Positions 38,682 to 50,495 of a DNA stretch of 64,000 nt are shown one piece after another. The position numbers were made by a program, and so were the translations under genes. Under the pieces are notes generated by a model that did no database searches, had not been told where the DNA came from, and saw only the letters and a list, made by a program, of their open reading frames with translations. Origin of the DNA: Podarcis vaucheri (taxonomy: Eukaryota); NCBI GenBank assembly GCA_965113315.1, contig OZ220368.1; one strand, written 5' to 3'. Numbering within the stretch: the first letter of the stretch is position 1; each line of letters starts with the position of its first letter.

Positions 38682-39470
38682 TTGAGATCAGCAGATCACT
38701 TGGTTGTTCCACCACCCTCAGAAGTTCAGGGTGAGCCAGGAGAGGGCATTCTCTGTGGCAGCCCCAAAGTAGTGCAACTCCTTCCCCACAGACATGCATC
38801 TGTATTCTGCCAAAGGTTTTGTTTGACAAATGCAGCGGTTCTTCTGGATTCAGATAGGCAATGTAGACCTATAAAATTGCTCTTGAACAGATTTTATTTA
38901 CAGGAAGAGGAAAATAAAGAACAGAGGAAACAAATGGCCCCATCCCTTCTTTTTTTGGCAGGCAACAGGTCAGACTTCCACCACATCCATCATATGGTCT
39001 TACTATAATAAATGCTGATTCTAGCAAACGTATTGATGCCTTTACAGAACTCTAGTGTACAAGCAAGTCTAAGTAAGGCCTGTGACTGAGTACCTTTGAG
39101 GGCATCCAAAGGAGTAACTGCCAAGTATCACTTCTTACTCCTTGTGATACAAATATATTCTGGATTTGTTCCCAAACAATCTGACACCTTCACTGTACAG
39201 TTATTGTTAAATTCTGAAGACACACTTCTTTAATCTGGCCTTTGACACTTGAGATGCATATTCTTGCGATTTGTTTTAGACTGTTTTAAAATATATTTTA
39301 TATTGCTATGTTGTGCTTAAAGTGCTACGTTAGGACTTTAGGGTGAACACTAGTAAATAATACTAATACTACCAATTATTATATTTTTATTGTTAGGAGC
39401 CAGCCTGAGTGGTGTATTGGCACTGGAATGGTGGGATAGATTTACAAAAAATATAAGTAAGTAAATAAAA
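38682..39470 (+). mobile_element. Two L2 LINE 3' fragments (38682-38830 and 39213-39470)
   Basis: GGAGAGGGCATTCTCTGTGGCAGCCCCAAAG (RAFSVAAP motif); later CTGAAGACACACTTCTTT..GGCCTTTGA and a (TAAA)-type tail. Confidence 0.65.
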
Positions 39471-40407
39471 ATGAAATGTCATAGGACACAGGTTAATATC
39501 AAGGATTTGTTTTACAAGGGGAAACTGCAAAACAGGTTACATAGCAGCTGTTGTTTTCCTATTTTTCCCAACAGAGATCCTCTTTTGCATTGCTTGGGGA
39601 GGGAATGAAGCTCCCTGCTCATGAGCTGTATGAAGTTTGGCTGAGATTATATTATTCGCTCCTGAAACATCAGGAACAAATATGGATTTTAGTCCTTATG
39701 GGTAGTATCCAACAAAGTCATACTCAGAGTAGACCCACTGATACTATGTAAGTGGACTAATTTCAATGGGTCTACCCTGAATATAATTCAGTCAAATATC
39801 ATCATATGACTTACTCCAAAAGCCTCATGTTGGCATCAATTTTGAAAATCCAGCTAAAATATATACACATTTCAAAGTGTCTACAATCTAAGTATAACAC
39901 TGGAGACCACAGGAGGTTTAACAAAGGGACAAGTAGATGTTCATTATGCATTACTTATCCTCCCTGTAAAGAGGTAGAGGCAGATTGTTACAGTCCAGCT
40001 CCACTTATGCTAGAAGTCTCTAGTCAGATCTTCAGCACAACTGATAAGATGGCTGCCACCTCACATAAGATAATTTTGAAACAGCTGTGAACAGTATGAT
40101 AACCAAGAGCCAGGACATGCCAGTTGCCTAGACACTATTGATTTCATTTCTTAAAACGCACAGCAGTACAGAGAAATCTAACACAAGTTGTTTCACAGAG
40201 CGGGGGTGGGGAGATTTGAAGTCTTTTCTGAAGCAATTTCAAATCAAACACAGGCAGAAGGATTGACTTTTGCTCAAATAAATTGTAAGACAATCCGATG
40301 GTATGGTGAGGCAGTTGTGCCATGGCATGCCTTCTAGAGTGTACTAAGATGATCTGACTAACTACTGCCCTGGCCTTTGGCCTGGAGAGTGCCAGGCTTT
40401 GTAGCTT

Positions 40408-40457
40408 CTCTGAATTCAGTCACATTAGGGACCTCTGAATTCAGTCTCATTAGGGAC
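40408..40457. repeat. 25-bp tandem duplication
   Basis: CTCTGAATTCAGTC(A/T)CATTAGGGAC twice, 1 mismatch. Confidence 0.92.
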
Positions 40458-40911
40458 CTTCCTCTCCTTGTCAAGTTGACAGTTGGTGGGAAGTTCTATA
40501 CATGCTCCTCACCAACCTTCCTTCCATGTTTCCCAAGCCTGATCAGATGAATTAACACAGTGAATTAACAGTGCCATTATCCTGGAGGATGAAGAGCTTT
40601 GAATTCTCCCTGGCATCTGCACCAACTCAAAATGTCTCTGCAGGATTGAGCACCTTCAGGTAAGAACTCTAATTAGTTCTGTTTTTGCTCTGCTGACAGG
40701 TGATGGAGTCATTAGTCAGCTAATCTATGAGATGAAGAATCGACACTATCAGATGAGTCCCATAGTGCAACATTTACTGGGCTGCACCAGTTTAGGCTGG
40801 AACTGGGGGCATCCCATGTGTTGATTCTTTCCCATATATAGAGAGATATTAAGAAAACCACCACATGTAAAACTAGCACATTGGATTTGATACCCCCCAG
40901 AATCTAGAGTG

Positions 40912-40913
<2 letters not shown>

Positions 40914-40951
<38 letters not shown>
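40914..40951. repeat. (TC)n microsatellite
   Basis: Direct reading. Confidence 0.97.
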
Positions 40952-40954
<3 letters not shown>

Positions 40955-41439
40955 TCTCCAATACCTGTTTAGGAAACCATTGAAAATTACGGTCAGCTTC
41001 ATTTTATATGCCTGTTTCTACGAATACTGGGCCAAAGTACGTGGCTTGGACATTGCCATTGCTTTTGGAGGAAGAGTGAAGCCATGCAATGAAGATTAAA
41101 TCTTTCAAGGTAGCCATCTTTTCCCAGCAAGAAAGTCCCTTGGAACACCACTGCGTCATGACATGGCATCATTCCCATGGGACTCTGTCCCAAATTATGA
41201 AGGGAATGCCTTTGGGTTGTTGTGGCCAGCCAAGCTGTTGCCTGAAGTGGCAGCAAAGACTGTGCCTGTGTCTGTGCATGTGTCTTTCTTTCTATCTGTG
41301 TCTGTCTGTCTGTCTGTCTGTCTCTGTCTGTCTGTATGTGTAAAAGTCCTTAGCTGCCACATCTTTAAGGTAAGCCACCACCCACAGTTCTTTGAATTCA
41401 CCTGTTACCCTGAAAATGACCAATAATCCCCTTTCATTC

Positions 41440-41753
41440 ATAATAATAATAATGATGATAATAATAATAATTTATTATTTATTATTATTTATTATTATCT
41501 AGCTCTGGGCGGCTTCCAAAAGAATACTAAAATACTGTGATACATCAAACATTAAAAGCTTCCCTAAACAGGGCTGCCTTCAGATGTCTTCTAAAAGTCT
41601 GGTAGTTGTTGTTCTCTTTGACATCTGGTGGGAGGGCGTTCCACAGGGCGGGCGCCACTACTGAGAAGGCCCTCTGCCTGGTTCCCTGTAACTTGGCTTC
41701 TCACAGTGAGGGAACCGCCAGAAGGCCCTCGGTGCTGGACCTCAGTGTCCGGG
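41440..41753 (-). mobile_element. L2 LINE 3' end, 5'-truncated, relatively young
   Basis: (TAA)/(TTA) tail; GGGAGGGCGTTCCACAGGGCGGGCGCCACTACTGAGAAGGCCCT reads RAFSVVAPALWNALP on the minus strand. Confidence 0.92.
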
Positions 41754-42874
41754 TATTTGGCTTAACCTCAATGACGGTCTGAAAAATCATTTAAATAAAA
41801 CTATGTTTTCCTGAACACCTTTTCTGGATTTGTCTGGGTCACAGAAGCATCCTACATCAGGAAAAGCAGTTTATGAATTATCCAGTACACTTCGGCTAAC
41901 TATATAGAGGAGGGGGACTTTCGTAACATACAACCAGTATCCTACTGTAGTCCCATAGCAAAAATGTATTTAGTTCACAGAATCCATTAAATTCTGTAAT
42001 CATGGCCTCTCAGTATTGCTGCATGCTTGTGTGTACAATAAAAAGTGTGTGAGATTAGGTTTACCATATCACATCTGGCCACGCCCCTGTGTGAGGGAAA
42101 GCATTTTTAGAACACTGTTACTAATATGTGGGTCACTAGAAGAATTGCGATCTCCACAACTTTCCCTTGGAGGTAAGCTATTGCACAATTTTAAAATGAA
42201 ATTTACAGCCTTTCCCAATCAGTTGTGTCAGCAGATTTAGTTCATCTTTGAGGCCCAGCAAACCTGACAGTCTATTTGTTATTAGGGTAATAAATAAACA
42301 AGAAACTTGTCAGAAGCAAAACTGGTCTGTGTGCCTATGTGAGATAAATGCTGCTGTTGAGGAGACAAATATTTATGAACTTGGAGGGCAGTGTTGTCAA
42401 CCTAGCTAAAAATCTTACATTTGCCATTAAAAGCTAAATACATAAATAAGCTATTTTTGGCTTCCATACCCAAAAGGAGCAGAGATGAGTTGACTAATAA
42501 GAATTTATCTGTAAATTTCACAGTAGCAGGTGGAGCATAATTCAAATGCTACAACTCTGTAGTCTTGGCTCCATAATAAAATGCAATATAAATATTCCTG
42601 AGTAGATTCCAGCAGAGATTCTGTTTTAGCCGAGCAACTGAACACTGAGTTTTTGCATAAAAATAGGGTTTGTGCTGAATCTTTGAATCAGTATTTCAGG
42701 TAATTCTCACTATTCATTCACTACAGCTGCATGATAGGAAGAATAATGTGCACAGTATGAAAAGCCCAAGATGCAGAAGGATATCAGACATAGTACTATT
42801 GTCCTCTCCTTGTCATCTTATCATTGCTCCTGGACAAAGTACACCCTGGCATCAAGCTTCCAGCATTCTCTCTA

Positions 42875-43010
42875 TGGTAAGCTCTTTGTTAGTTCCCTCT
42901 GTATGTTTTGGATTCCAGTCCCCAATATCCTTGCCCATTGTCCATGCTAGCTGGGGTTGATGGGAGTTGGAGTCCAAACATATACATGGCACAATACTGG
43001 GGACAGCTGC
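42875..43010. mobile_element. Short palindromic hAT-like MITE
   Basis: ATGTTTTGGATTCCAGTCCCCA..TGATGGGAGTTGGAGTCCAAACAT symmetry. Confidence 0.7.
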
Positions 43011-43038
43011 TATACACGTTTACTAGTAAGTAAGCTCC

Positions 43039-43369
43039 ATTGATGCTTTTGAATTATGGTGCAGGAGGAGACTCATGAGAGTCCAATGGACTGCAAGAAG
43101 ATCAAACCTATCCATTCTGAAGGAAATCAGCCCTGAGTGCTCACTGGAAGGACAGATCCTGAAGCTGAGGCTCCAATACTTTGGCCACCTCATGAGAAGA
43201 GAAGACTCCCTGGAAAAGACCCTGATGCTGGGAAAGATAGAGGGCACAAGGAGAAGGGGACGACAGAGGACAAGATGGTTGGACAGTGTTCTCGAAGCTA
43301 CTAGCATGAGTTTGACCAAACTGCGGGAGGCAGTGGAAGACAGGAGTGCCTGGTGTGCTCTGGTCCATG
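43039..43369 (+). mobile_element. RTE Bov-B LINE fragment (ORF C-terminus), truncated at both ends
   Basis: WTARRSNLSILKEISPECSLEGQILKLRLQYFGHLMRREDSLEKTLMLGKIEGTRRRGRQRTRWLD is the characteristic Bov-B C-terminus. Confidence 0.97.
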
Positions 43370-44050
43370 TACTAGAACATATTTTTTTGTTTCCATGTTT
43401 TCAAGTTTGCCTAATTTAATTGGTTTTTGCCTATTGACACAGGAAGCACATCTTCCTTCTTTGCTGAACATAAAATTAGCTTTCACTGCTGATTCGTGTT
43501 TGTTTGGCTCTGTATAAACTCTGTCTAAATGAGTTTGTTCTTTCGAAAGCAAATATCGCTCACATATTTTGAAAGTGCAGGAAAAAATGGTAATCTCCTT
43601 TCTTCATTCTCCTTAGTATACATTAGCATGTATTTGCATGATTTATTCATTTAAAACTGTATGTGTTTATTTGTATAGTGGCTCAGCAAGCTTTATCACA
43701 AAAAGGAAAGACTAAGTTTCAGTACCATTCATGGATTATGGTCTTGGATTTTAGCCACAAAAAAGAAATGATTCTGAGGCTTTGTCATTGCAGTAAGAAT
43801 GTTTCCAAGCAAGATGCTTTCACTCCTTTAGTAGCACCGAAGTTTAGCCCAATAAAAATGAGTCCCTAAGGTGAAACCACAAGGCAAAGGAACTCCTCCA
43901 GAGAGTCTGTGAATGCTTTCTCTACCAGTGATATGTAGGTCTTTATTTCAAATCAAGGCATGGGCTGAAGGGACATGATTCATGCAACTATTCCACCTGG
44001 GAACCCAAAATTTAGTGCCTTCAGCTCCATGGAGAAAGGGATGGAATCTA

Positions 44051-44085
<35 letters not shown>
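44051..44085. repeat. (AATC)n microsatellite, probably an expanded SINE/L2 tail
   Basis: Direct reading; preceded by GCCTTCAGCTCCATGGAGAAAGGGATGG, resembling a MIR-like 3' end. Confidence 0.9.
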
Positions 44086-44086
<1 letters not shown>

Positions 44087-44913
44087 CCATCTAATTAAAT
44101 AAAAAATTATGTCCCATCTACATAAAAACTAACAATAGATTGAATACCACTGATGCTATACATTACTACAATAGAGATGACGTTTGAGTTTTAATTGATT
44201 AGATAACACTAATTAAGTTCACAATTTTAATAAAAATGGACGTTGAGGCAAATGAATGAATAAATCTTATATCCATTGTTTTAAAAGCTTTTGTGGGATA
44301 CTGATACTGTACTATTGTTGATTAGATTGTTTTTCTTCCAATAATGTACACTTAGGAGACTATCTAAAATTGACAGTTTGCTCAATTCATCAAAGAGTAC
44401 AGTCAGGGTAAGTTAGCTCACAAACCTTTCGCCTTCTGTCCCCATCTTCATATTTATGTTTACTTCCCCTTGGAGTTAACCATGCAATTTCTGGACTGAT
44501 CTGTACATAATCTCTTTATAAATTGTTCAGTTACCCCCACCTCCAGAAAGCTCCAGTGCTTCTATTGGTTCACCACCATTCTTGGCTCAGGACCCAAACA
44601 CATCTTCCTCTTGTACATGTGTAATCACAGACACATGTGTTTGTGAATATGCACTAACAAGATCAATCAATACAAGGCACCTCAGAGCACAGTCTTGTCA
44701 GGTCAAACCAGTATCAATCTAGTTAAGTAGACCATGCCTGACAGAGGCCTTGAGACAATTTTGCAATGTCCACCATCTGTCATTCACAACTGAAGTCACA
44801 ATTGTTTGGTATTCCATGCAATATTCTGAATTGAAAGCAATGCTTTGATTGACACAGTCATATAGCTACACATATTAATTCTATTCATTTTTAGGAGTAG
44901 GCTAATGTGCTTA

Positions 44914-45072
44914 TCAGAAGCATATAAGAAAAACCCTGCTAGGTCCATCTATCTAGCATCCTGTTCTCACAGTGGCCAACCAGATGCCTATGCGAAGCTT
45001 GCAAGCAGGATCTGAGTACAACAGCATTCTCCTCAGCAACTGGTATTCAGAGACATAGTGCCTCTGGCACTG
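44914..45072 (-). mobile_element. CR1 family B 3'UTR fragment
   Basis: CCATCTATCTAGCATCCTGTTCTCACAGTGGCCAACCAGATGCC..CAGCAACTGGTATTCAGAG. Confidence 0.82.
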
Positions 45073-45886
45073 ACTGATAATATATATGTAACAGTTTTTC
45101 AGGAGTAAGACCACTATTCTGAATTTTCTCTTGCTAAAATCAGCCCTGGGGTCCTGGCTAGGCTATCAGATGGCATATAAAGTAAACATAAACAAATTTC
45201 TCCTCTAAAATGTGAAATTAGAAAGAAAAGGATGCCCACCCAACCTCTTTAGTTTCTGCTCTGCTTTTCCTGCATAAATCGACTCCTCTAATGTGACTAG
45301 CACCATATACTTAATATCCTAAAGAGCTATTACCACCTCAAGTCCATTCTGGAACTTCTTTCAAAGATTTGAAAAAGTGCCAAATGTGACATATACATAT
45401 TGAAGTTAAGTGGAAAATGGAAAAATCTGTAGCACTGCATGGCACTGTGTTGAATAATTGACATTAATTGCTGTTTGGAGCAGGAAATCAGTAATTTTCA
45501 ATTGATGCTAAATGGAAAAAATCACTTAATGACAATTGCTATTAAATTGACACAATGGTAGAGAAATATAGTTTTAGAAAAAGAAAGATTTGGTGCATAG
45601 GAAAAATGGCATTAAGAAGGATTTTTCCAGTAAATGAATTGATGATAACCAGACTCACCAATATATCACAGTAGTATCAGATGTAGCTCAATAGCACAGT
45701 CATTGTTCTGGCCAATGTTTTAGTCTACTTTCAAAACTGAGCCAAGTGCTACAACAAATGGTAACACTGGGCAGCTTTTATGGACACAGCACAAATTGCT
45801 ATGAATCAGCCTTAAAGGGTTGGCCTTAATGGATGGAGTACAAGCTGCTATTTGTGCCTTGGTAGCATTCCACCTATAACTGAGTT

Positions 45887-46173
45887 CAAAGCCAGCCCAT
45901 CCATGAGGCAGACTGAAGCAGCCATCTCAAGAGGCGGAATCCAAGAGGCACCTCCATGGGCGCACACATCCCACCAGAGAAGTGAAGAGAAGCAGCTGTG
46001 GTGACTTCTGGAGTCCTCCCCATGACCTTGTGGGGTTCTTGCGAGATCTCACTAGAACCTGGAAGACACACCTGCCCAACCCCAGTAAGCGAGGCCGGCA
46101 GGGGCAGTAGGGGGTGGCAGGCGTGTGAAGGCCTGTTTTGCTTCAGGTGGTGAAATAGGATGGGTCGCCCCTG
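45887..46173. mobile_element. Non-autonomous hAT element (CAGGGCCGGC-type ends)
   Basis: CAAAGCCAGCCCATCC / GGATGGGTCGCCCCTG; 8-bp TSD ACTGAGTT / ACTGGGTC; related TTGCCTCAGG ends near 31960 and 54020. Confidence 0.75.
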
Positions 46174-46264
46174 ACTGGGTCACAGGACTTCAAAATGAGC
46201 CTATAATCCCTGTCAATCCCTGAGCATACCTCAGGCTGGAAAAATGAACAATTCATTTTCTATA

Positions 46265-46513
46265 CAGTTGTACCTTGGTTTTTTAACAGAATGTGTTTTG
46301 GAAGTCCATTTGACTTCCGAAATGCTCAGGAACCAAGGTGTGACTTCCGATTGACTGCAGTGTCCTGCAGCCAATTGGAAGCCGTGGAAGCCAGGCAGAT
46401 GTTCGGCTTCTGAGGCAAAGTTTGCAAGCCGAAACACCTACTTCTGGTTTTTTGCGACGTTCGAGTTCCGAATTGTTCGTGAACTAAGTTGTTGAAAAAC
46501 CAAGGTGCGACTG
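46265..46513. mobile_element. Tigger/pogo-like (TcMar) MITE
   Basis: TIR CAGTTGTACCTTGGTTTTT / AAAAACCAAGGTGCGACTG, TA TSD. Confidence 0.92.
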
Positions 46514-47405
46514 TATACTGTAAGACTGGAAATTGTGACAACTCTCATTTGGAGGAGGGGCACCTAAAATTAATATGCAAATCTATGATAACCAAATGCC
46601 TGTGGAGAGAACTCCATGTCAAGCTGCATCACCAAGCTTTTTGGGCTTATAGGCACTTTAGAACCAAACGCATACTCAAACCAAGCACACACCAAAACCT
46701 TTTTCAAGACAGATATCAGCAGGAGTGTGGAGAGGTCCCTGTGGGTAGCAGGGAAGGCCTCTGTGGATACATGTGTGCCTACAGCGGCCATGTCGGTGAC
46801 CCTGCATTAGTGAATGCCCATTGTCTGATTGTGATTATAATATGCTGCAGTGCTCTTAAGTGAAGTCTAGCAGTAAATACTCCCACGCTTTATAGCAGAT
46901 CTAATTCTCTATGTCAATGTGCTACAATCTGTCTTCTGGCCTGCCTCTTCACAACATATGCTGTAGTTTGTGGTAGCAGTTTGATTTCACTCCCATCTCC
47001 ATGCTTTCCCCCCACTCTAATACAATATGCAAAAACAATACAAAAAGGTACTTTAAGATCATAATACTACAAGAAGGACATCACAAAGCAAAATTATTCA
47101 ACTGAGAGATTACAAACGTTTAAATAGAAGGCAAGACAAATGCTTGCCTAAAGAAAAACTTGGAGCTTCTTTACAGAAATCCATGTCCAAAACATATGAA
47201 TAGCACTAGGTCTGATCTGAGCTGAACTCTCATTTGCAAAATGGAGGATGGGAATAAGAAAGGTGAGAATAATTTATAAGGATACCCAAAATCAATCTGG
47301 TAAATAATACTGGAACTAATGTCTCAAGTTATCCAGCAGCACCCCCCCATATATATTGGGCAGGATGGTAGTGGAGTTATTACTAGATTTGTTTAGGTAC
47401 CTATA

Positions 47406-47752
47406 AAAAAAAAAGGTAAAGGACCCCTGACAGTTAAGTCCAGTTGCAGACAGCTCTGGGGTTGTGGCACTCATCTCGCTTTGCAGGCCGAGGGAGCTGG
47501 CGTTTGTCTGCAGACAGTTTTTCCGGGTTATGTGGCCAGCATGACTAAGCCGCTTCTGGTGCAACGCAACACCGAAACCAGAGCAGCGCATGGATCCTTA
47601 CACTTTTTGGCATGCTTTTGAACTGCTAGGTTGACAGGAGCTGGGACTGAGCAACGGGAGCTCACCCCGTCGTGTGGATTCAAACTGCTGACCTTCTGAT
47701 CGGCAAGCCCAAGAGACTCAGTGGTTTAGACCACAGCACCACCCGCGTTCCT
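47406..47752 (-). mobile_element. Sauria SINE with internal deletion
   Basis: Perfect 14-bp TSD TTTAGGTACCTATA (47392-47405, 47753-47766); lacks the TTTACCTTCCC..TATTTATCTAC block. Confidence 0.96.
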
Positions 47753-48172
47753 TTTAGGTACCTATATATGTGTACCTATAAACCTGTATTCTGAGGCAGT
47801 ACAATCCCATTTTACTGTTTGAGGTGAAACAGGAAGTGCCATGCTCTCACTGCACTACCACTCTGCCACCTCTGCCACCAGTGGAGAAGCAGCACTGACA
47901 TTAGTGCCCATTTTGGGTCAGATGGTCCCAATTTCTGGTGCGAGCTCACCTAAATTACACAAGTTCTCATATGACGCTGATGAGATTGTACCCCAAACCA
48001 GCATGATTTTACTTGAAATTGGCACCAATGCAAGATCCTATGGAGATCGTGGTTTTGACATGTGGAAGGAAATGATGAAACCCTGACTAGCCCTTAAACC
48101 TAGCTGTGAAAATGTACCAACACATTATGGTGTAAATCCACACAATTGCTTCTCCATGATCATTTTACTTCA

Positions 48173-48310
48173 GGCTGGATAGCTCAGTTGGTTAGAGAAT
48201 GGTGCTGATAACGCCAAGGGATAGCTGCATATTCCTGCGTTGCAAGGGGTTGGACTAGATGATCCTCAGGGTCCCTTCCAACTCTACAAGTCCATGATTC
48301 TGTCATTCTA
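48173..48310 (+). mobile_element. tRNA-Ile-derived SINE with CR1 tail (B box deleted)
   Basis: GGCTGGATAGCTCAGTTGGTTAGAGAATGGTGCTGATAACGCCAAGG resembles the tRNA-Ile 5' two-thirds; then ATTCCTGCGTTGCAAGGGGTTGGACTAGATGAT..GGTCCCTTCCAACTCTAC. Confidence 0.88.
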
Positions 48311-48825
48311 AGACAAATAACCACTGTGTGCCAAGCCTTTCACTTTTATTTACATTCCTTATTTTATGGGTCTTGCTCACCTCTCGCTCCCATGAGAACT
48401 GGACATTGAACCTCAATTATTTGCACGTGAACTTTTCATCTTCTAATTCTCCTTTCAGTTTTGCTTGGTTTAAATGCCAACCCCAGAACACCATATGAGG
48501 CTTGTGTCCACCTATCTTTACCTCTCTATTGGTTCATGTTGAAAGTATGTGGTCCAGGCAACCTGGGGTGTGTAGCCTTTGTCAGATGTACAAACTAGCC
48601 ATGGCCTCTTTCATATTTGTGTAAGTGCAAAACCATCTTATTCTTCGTCAGCCATTTCTTGTGAATAAATATGATACTTATAACTATGTGTGTGATCATT
48701 GCAAATTCCCCATAACAAATAAGATAGTGTTGGAAGTTATTAGTCATTGCTAAATTCCCCAAAAGTAAACAAGGTAACTTTGGATACGTCCCAAAAAGTA
48801 AGTGCTCAAGTTACTTGACAAAAGA

Positions 48826-48828
<3 letters not shown>

Positions 48829-48900
<72 letters not shown>
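48829..48900. repeat. (TC)n(AC)n compound microsatellite
   Basis: Direct reading. Confidence 0.98.
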
Positions 48901-48903
<3 letters not shown>

Positions 48904-49587
48904 AATACTGAAGGAAGCTTCAAGAATTTCATTTTAAACTGCACAGCTTGGAGTTCACACATGCCTACTCTCCTCATGCTCTTGATGTTCTGCAAATAAA
49001 CAAAAGAACTACCCCAGTAGTGAGTGGGTGAACAGAAAGCCTTACATTGCATGGGAGTTATGTAGGCATGGAAACTTGGAAAGGGGTGGTCTGATAACAT
49101 CTGGAAGATACTAGGTTGTGACAGGCTCACCTACAGGAGCATGGCTCCCATTGTTTTTACGCAGCTGTTTGCCCATGTTCCAACACCTGGAAGGTTTAAA
49201 AAATGTTATCTGAAAGAGCCCCTGCTATTTACAGATTTCTGCAAAATACACCCAGGGCTGCAGTCAAGGTTTTCTCTTTATTTTAAAACATTTTTAGGGA
49301 GTGATAAAAAAAATCCTGATTAAGCTTTCTAAATAAAATGTAAATGGCAATAGCTCCTGTAGGAGTAGATGGAGGTTTGTTATTTCTCTTTTAATGTGCT
49401 TTTCCCCCCACAGCAGAGATGCCACAGCCATTCAGACTGTGCTATGAAACCCTCCCCCCCAACTAATTTCTGCTTTCTTGTGCTTATATAGAGCTAGGTC
49501 CGCCATACCTTTAGATGCTTAATTAGTAATTTCTCCTGACAAGAAAATGAGTTACCTATACAATATTTCATCTTATATTCCATTTCT

Positions 49588-49775
49588 GAGAACATAAGGA
49601 GAGCCTACTGGATCAAGCCAATGGGCCATCTAGTCCAGCAGAATGCCCTCACAGTTGCCTGTGGGAATACTGTGGGAAACCTGCAAGCAGGACATGCGTA
49701 CAAGAGTACGCTTCCCTTCTGTAGTGTCCAGCAACTGGTATTCAGAACCATACTGCCTCTGACTGTGGTGGCAGA
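49588..49775 (-). mobile_element. CR1 family B 3'UTR fragment
   Basis: GAGAACATAAGGAGAGCCTACTGGATCAAGCCAATGGGCCATCTAGTCCAGCA. Confidence 0.85.
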
Positions 49776-50069
49776 GTATTTGCTTATTTTCTAATTTGGT
49801 GGGATTATTACTAACAGTTTCTATCTGATCTTTCCTCTGGTTACCCATTCCTTGGTTACATCCAGATGATGCAACTGTTACGTACCTTCTGTAGGACTGC
49901 CTTTGATTATGCTCCAGAAGCAAAACAGGATTGGAAAGCAAAACTAATCACAGGAGCTAGCGAATGAATGGAGTCTTAGCTCCAGCCCAAAGCAATGGGA
50001 GACGGTGTTTCACTCTTATCATTACCCATTGCTACAAAGTGAAATTAAGTCAGTCCAACTCGGCTCTTG

Positions 50070-50495
50070 AGTTTCATGAGAAAAGGTGTGTAATGAGGGA
50101 TGTGATACAGGTGTATAAGATTATGTGTGATGTAAAAGGTAGAAATAGATTTTTCTCCCTAAATAGTAGAACCCGGGGCCATCCAGTGAAGATGACTGCT
50201 GGAAGGTTCAGGAAAGGCAAATTCTCCACACAGTTAAGCTATGATATTTACTCCCTCAAGATGCAGTGGTGGCCACAAAGATTTAGATAAATTTATGGAG
50301 GATTATTAGGCTATCTGCAGCTACTAACTACAATCGCTATGTTCTGTCTCCACTGTCAGAGGATCTGCAGGTATGGGGAGTGCTGTTGCACTCAGGTCTG
50401 TTTGTGAGCTTCCCATATGCATCTGGTTCAGAAGAAGATGCTGGGCCAGATGTGTGGGCCTTTGGCCTGATCCAGGGGGGCTCTTATGATGCTCT
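50070..50495 (+). mobile_element. CR1 family B 3' fragment (ORF2 end plus UTR)
   Basis: MRDVIQVYKIM..FFSL.NSRTRGHPVKMTAGRFRK; ends GGCCTGATCCAGGGGGGCTCTTATGATGCTCTT. Confidence 0.85.

Noticed and set aside
40644-40700. Splice-like signals CTGCAG|..CAG|GTAAGA..GACAG|
   Set aside because: Would give a 16-nt exon and an intron of about 40 nt; downstream peptide unrecognisable
43075-43419. Host CDS (also ORFs 32397-32648, 6615-6803, 49964-50290)
   Set aside because: Truncated LINE ORF2 remnants (Bov-B, CR1, L1), not genes
48173-48230. Functional tRNA-Ile or tRNA-Lys genes (also 16590-16661)
   Set aside because: B box deleted or mutated, acceptor stems broken, fused to CR1 tails; these are SINE heads
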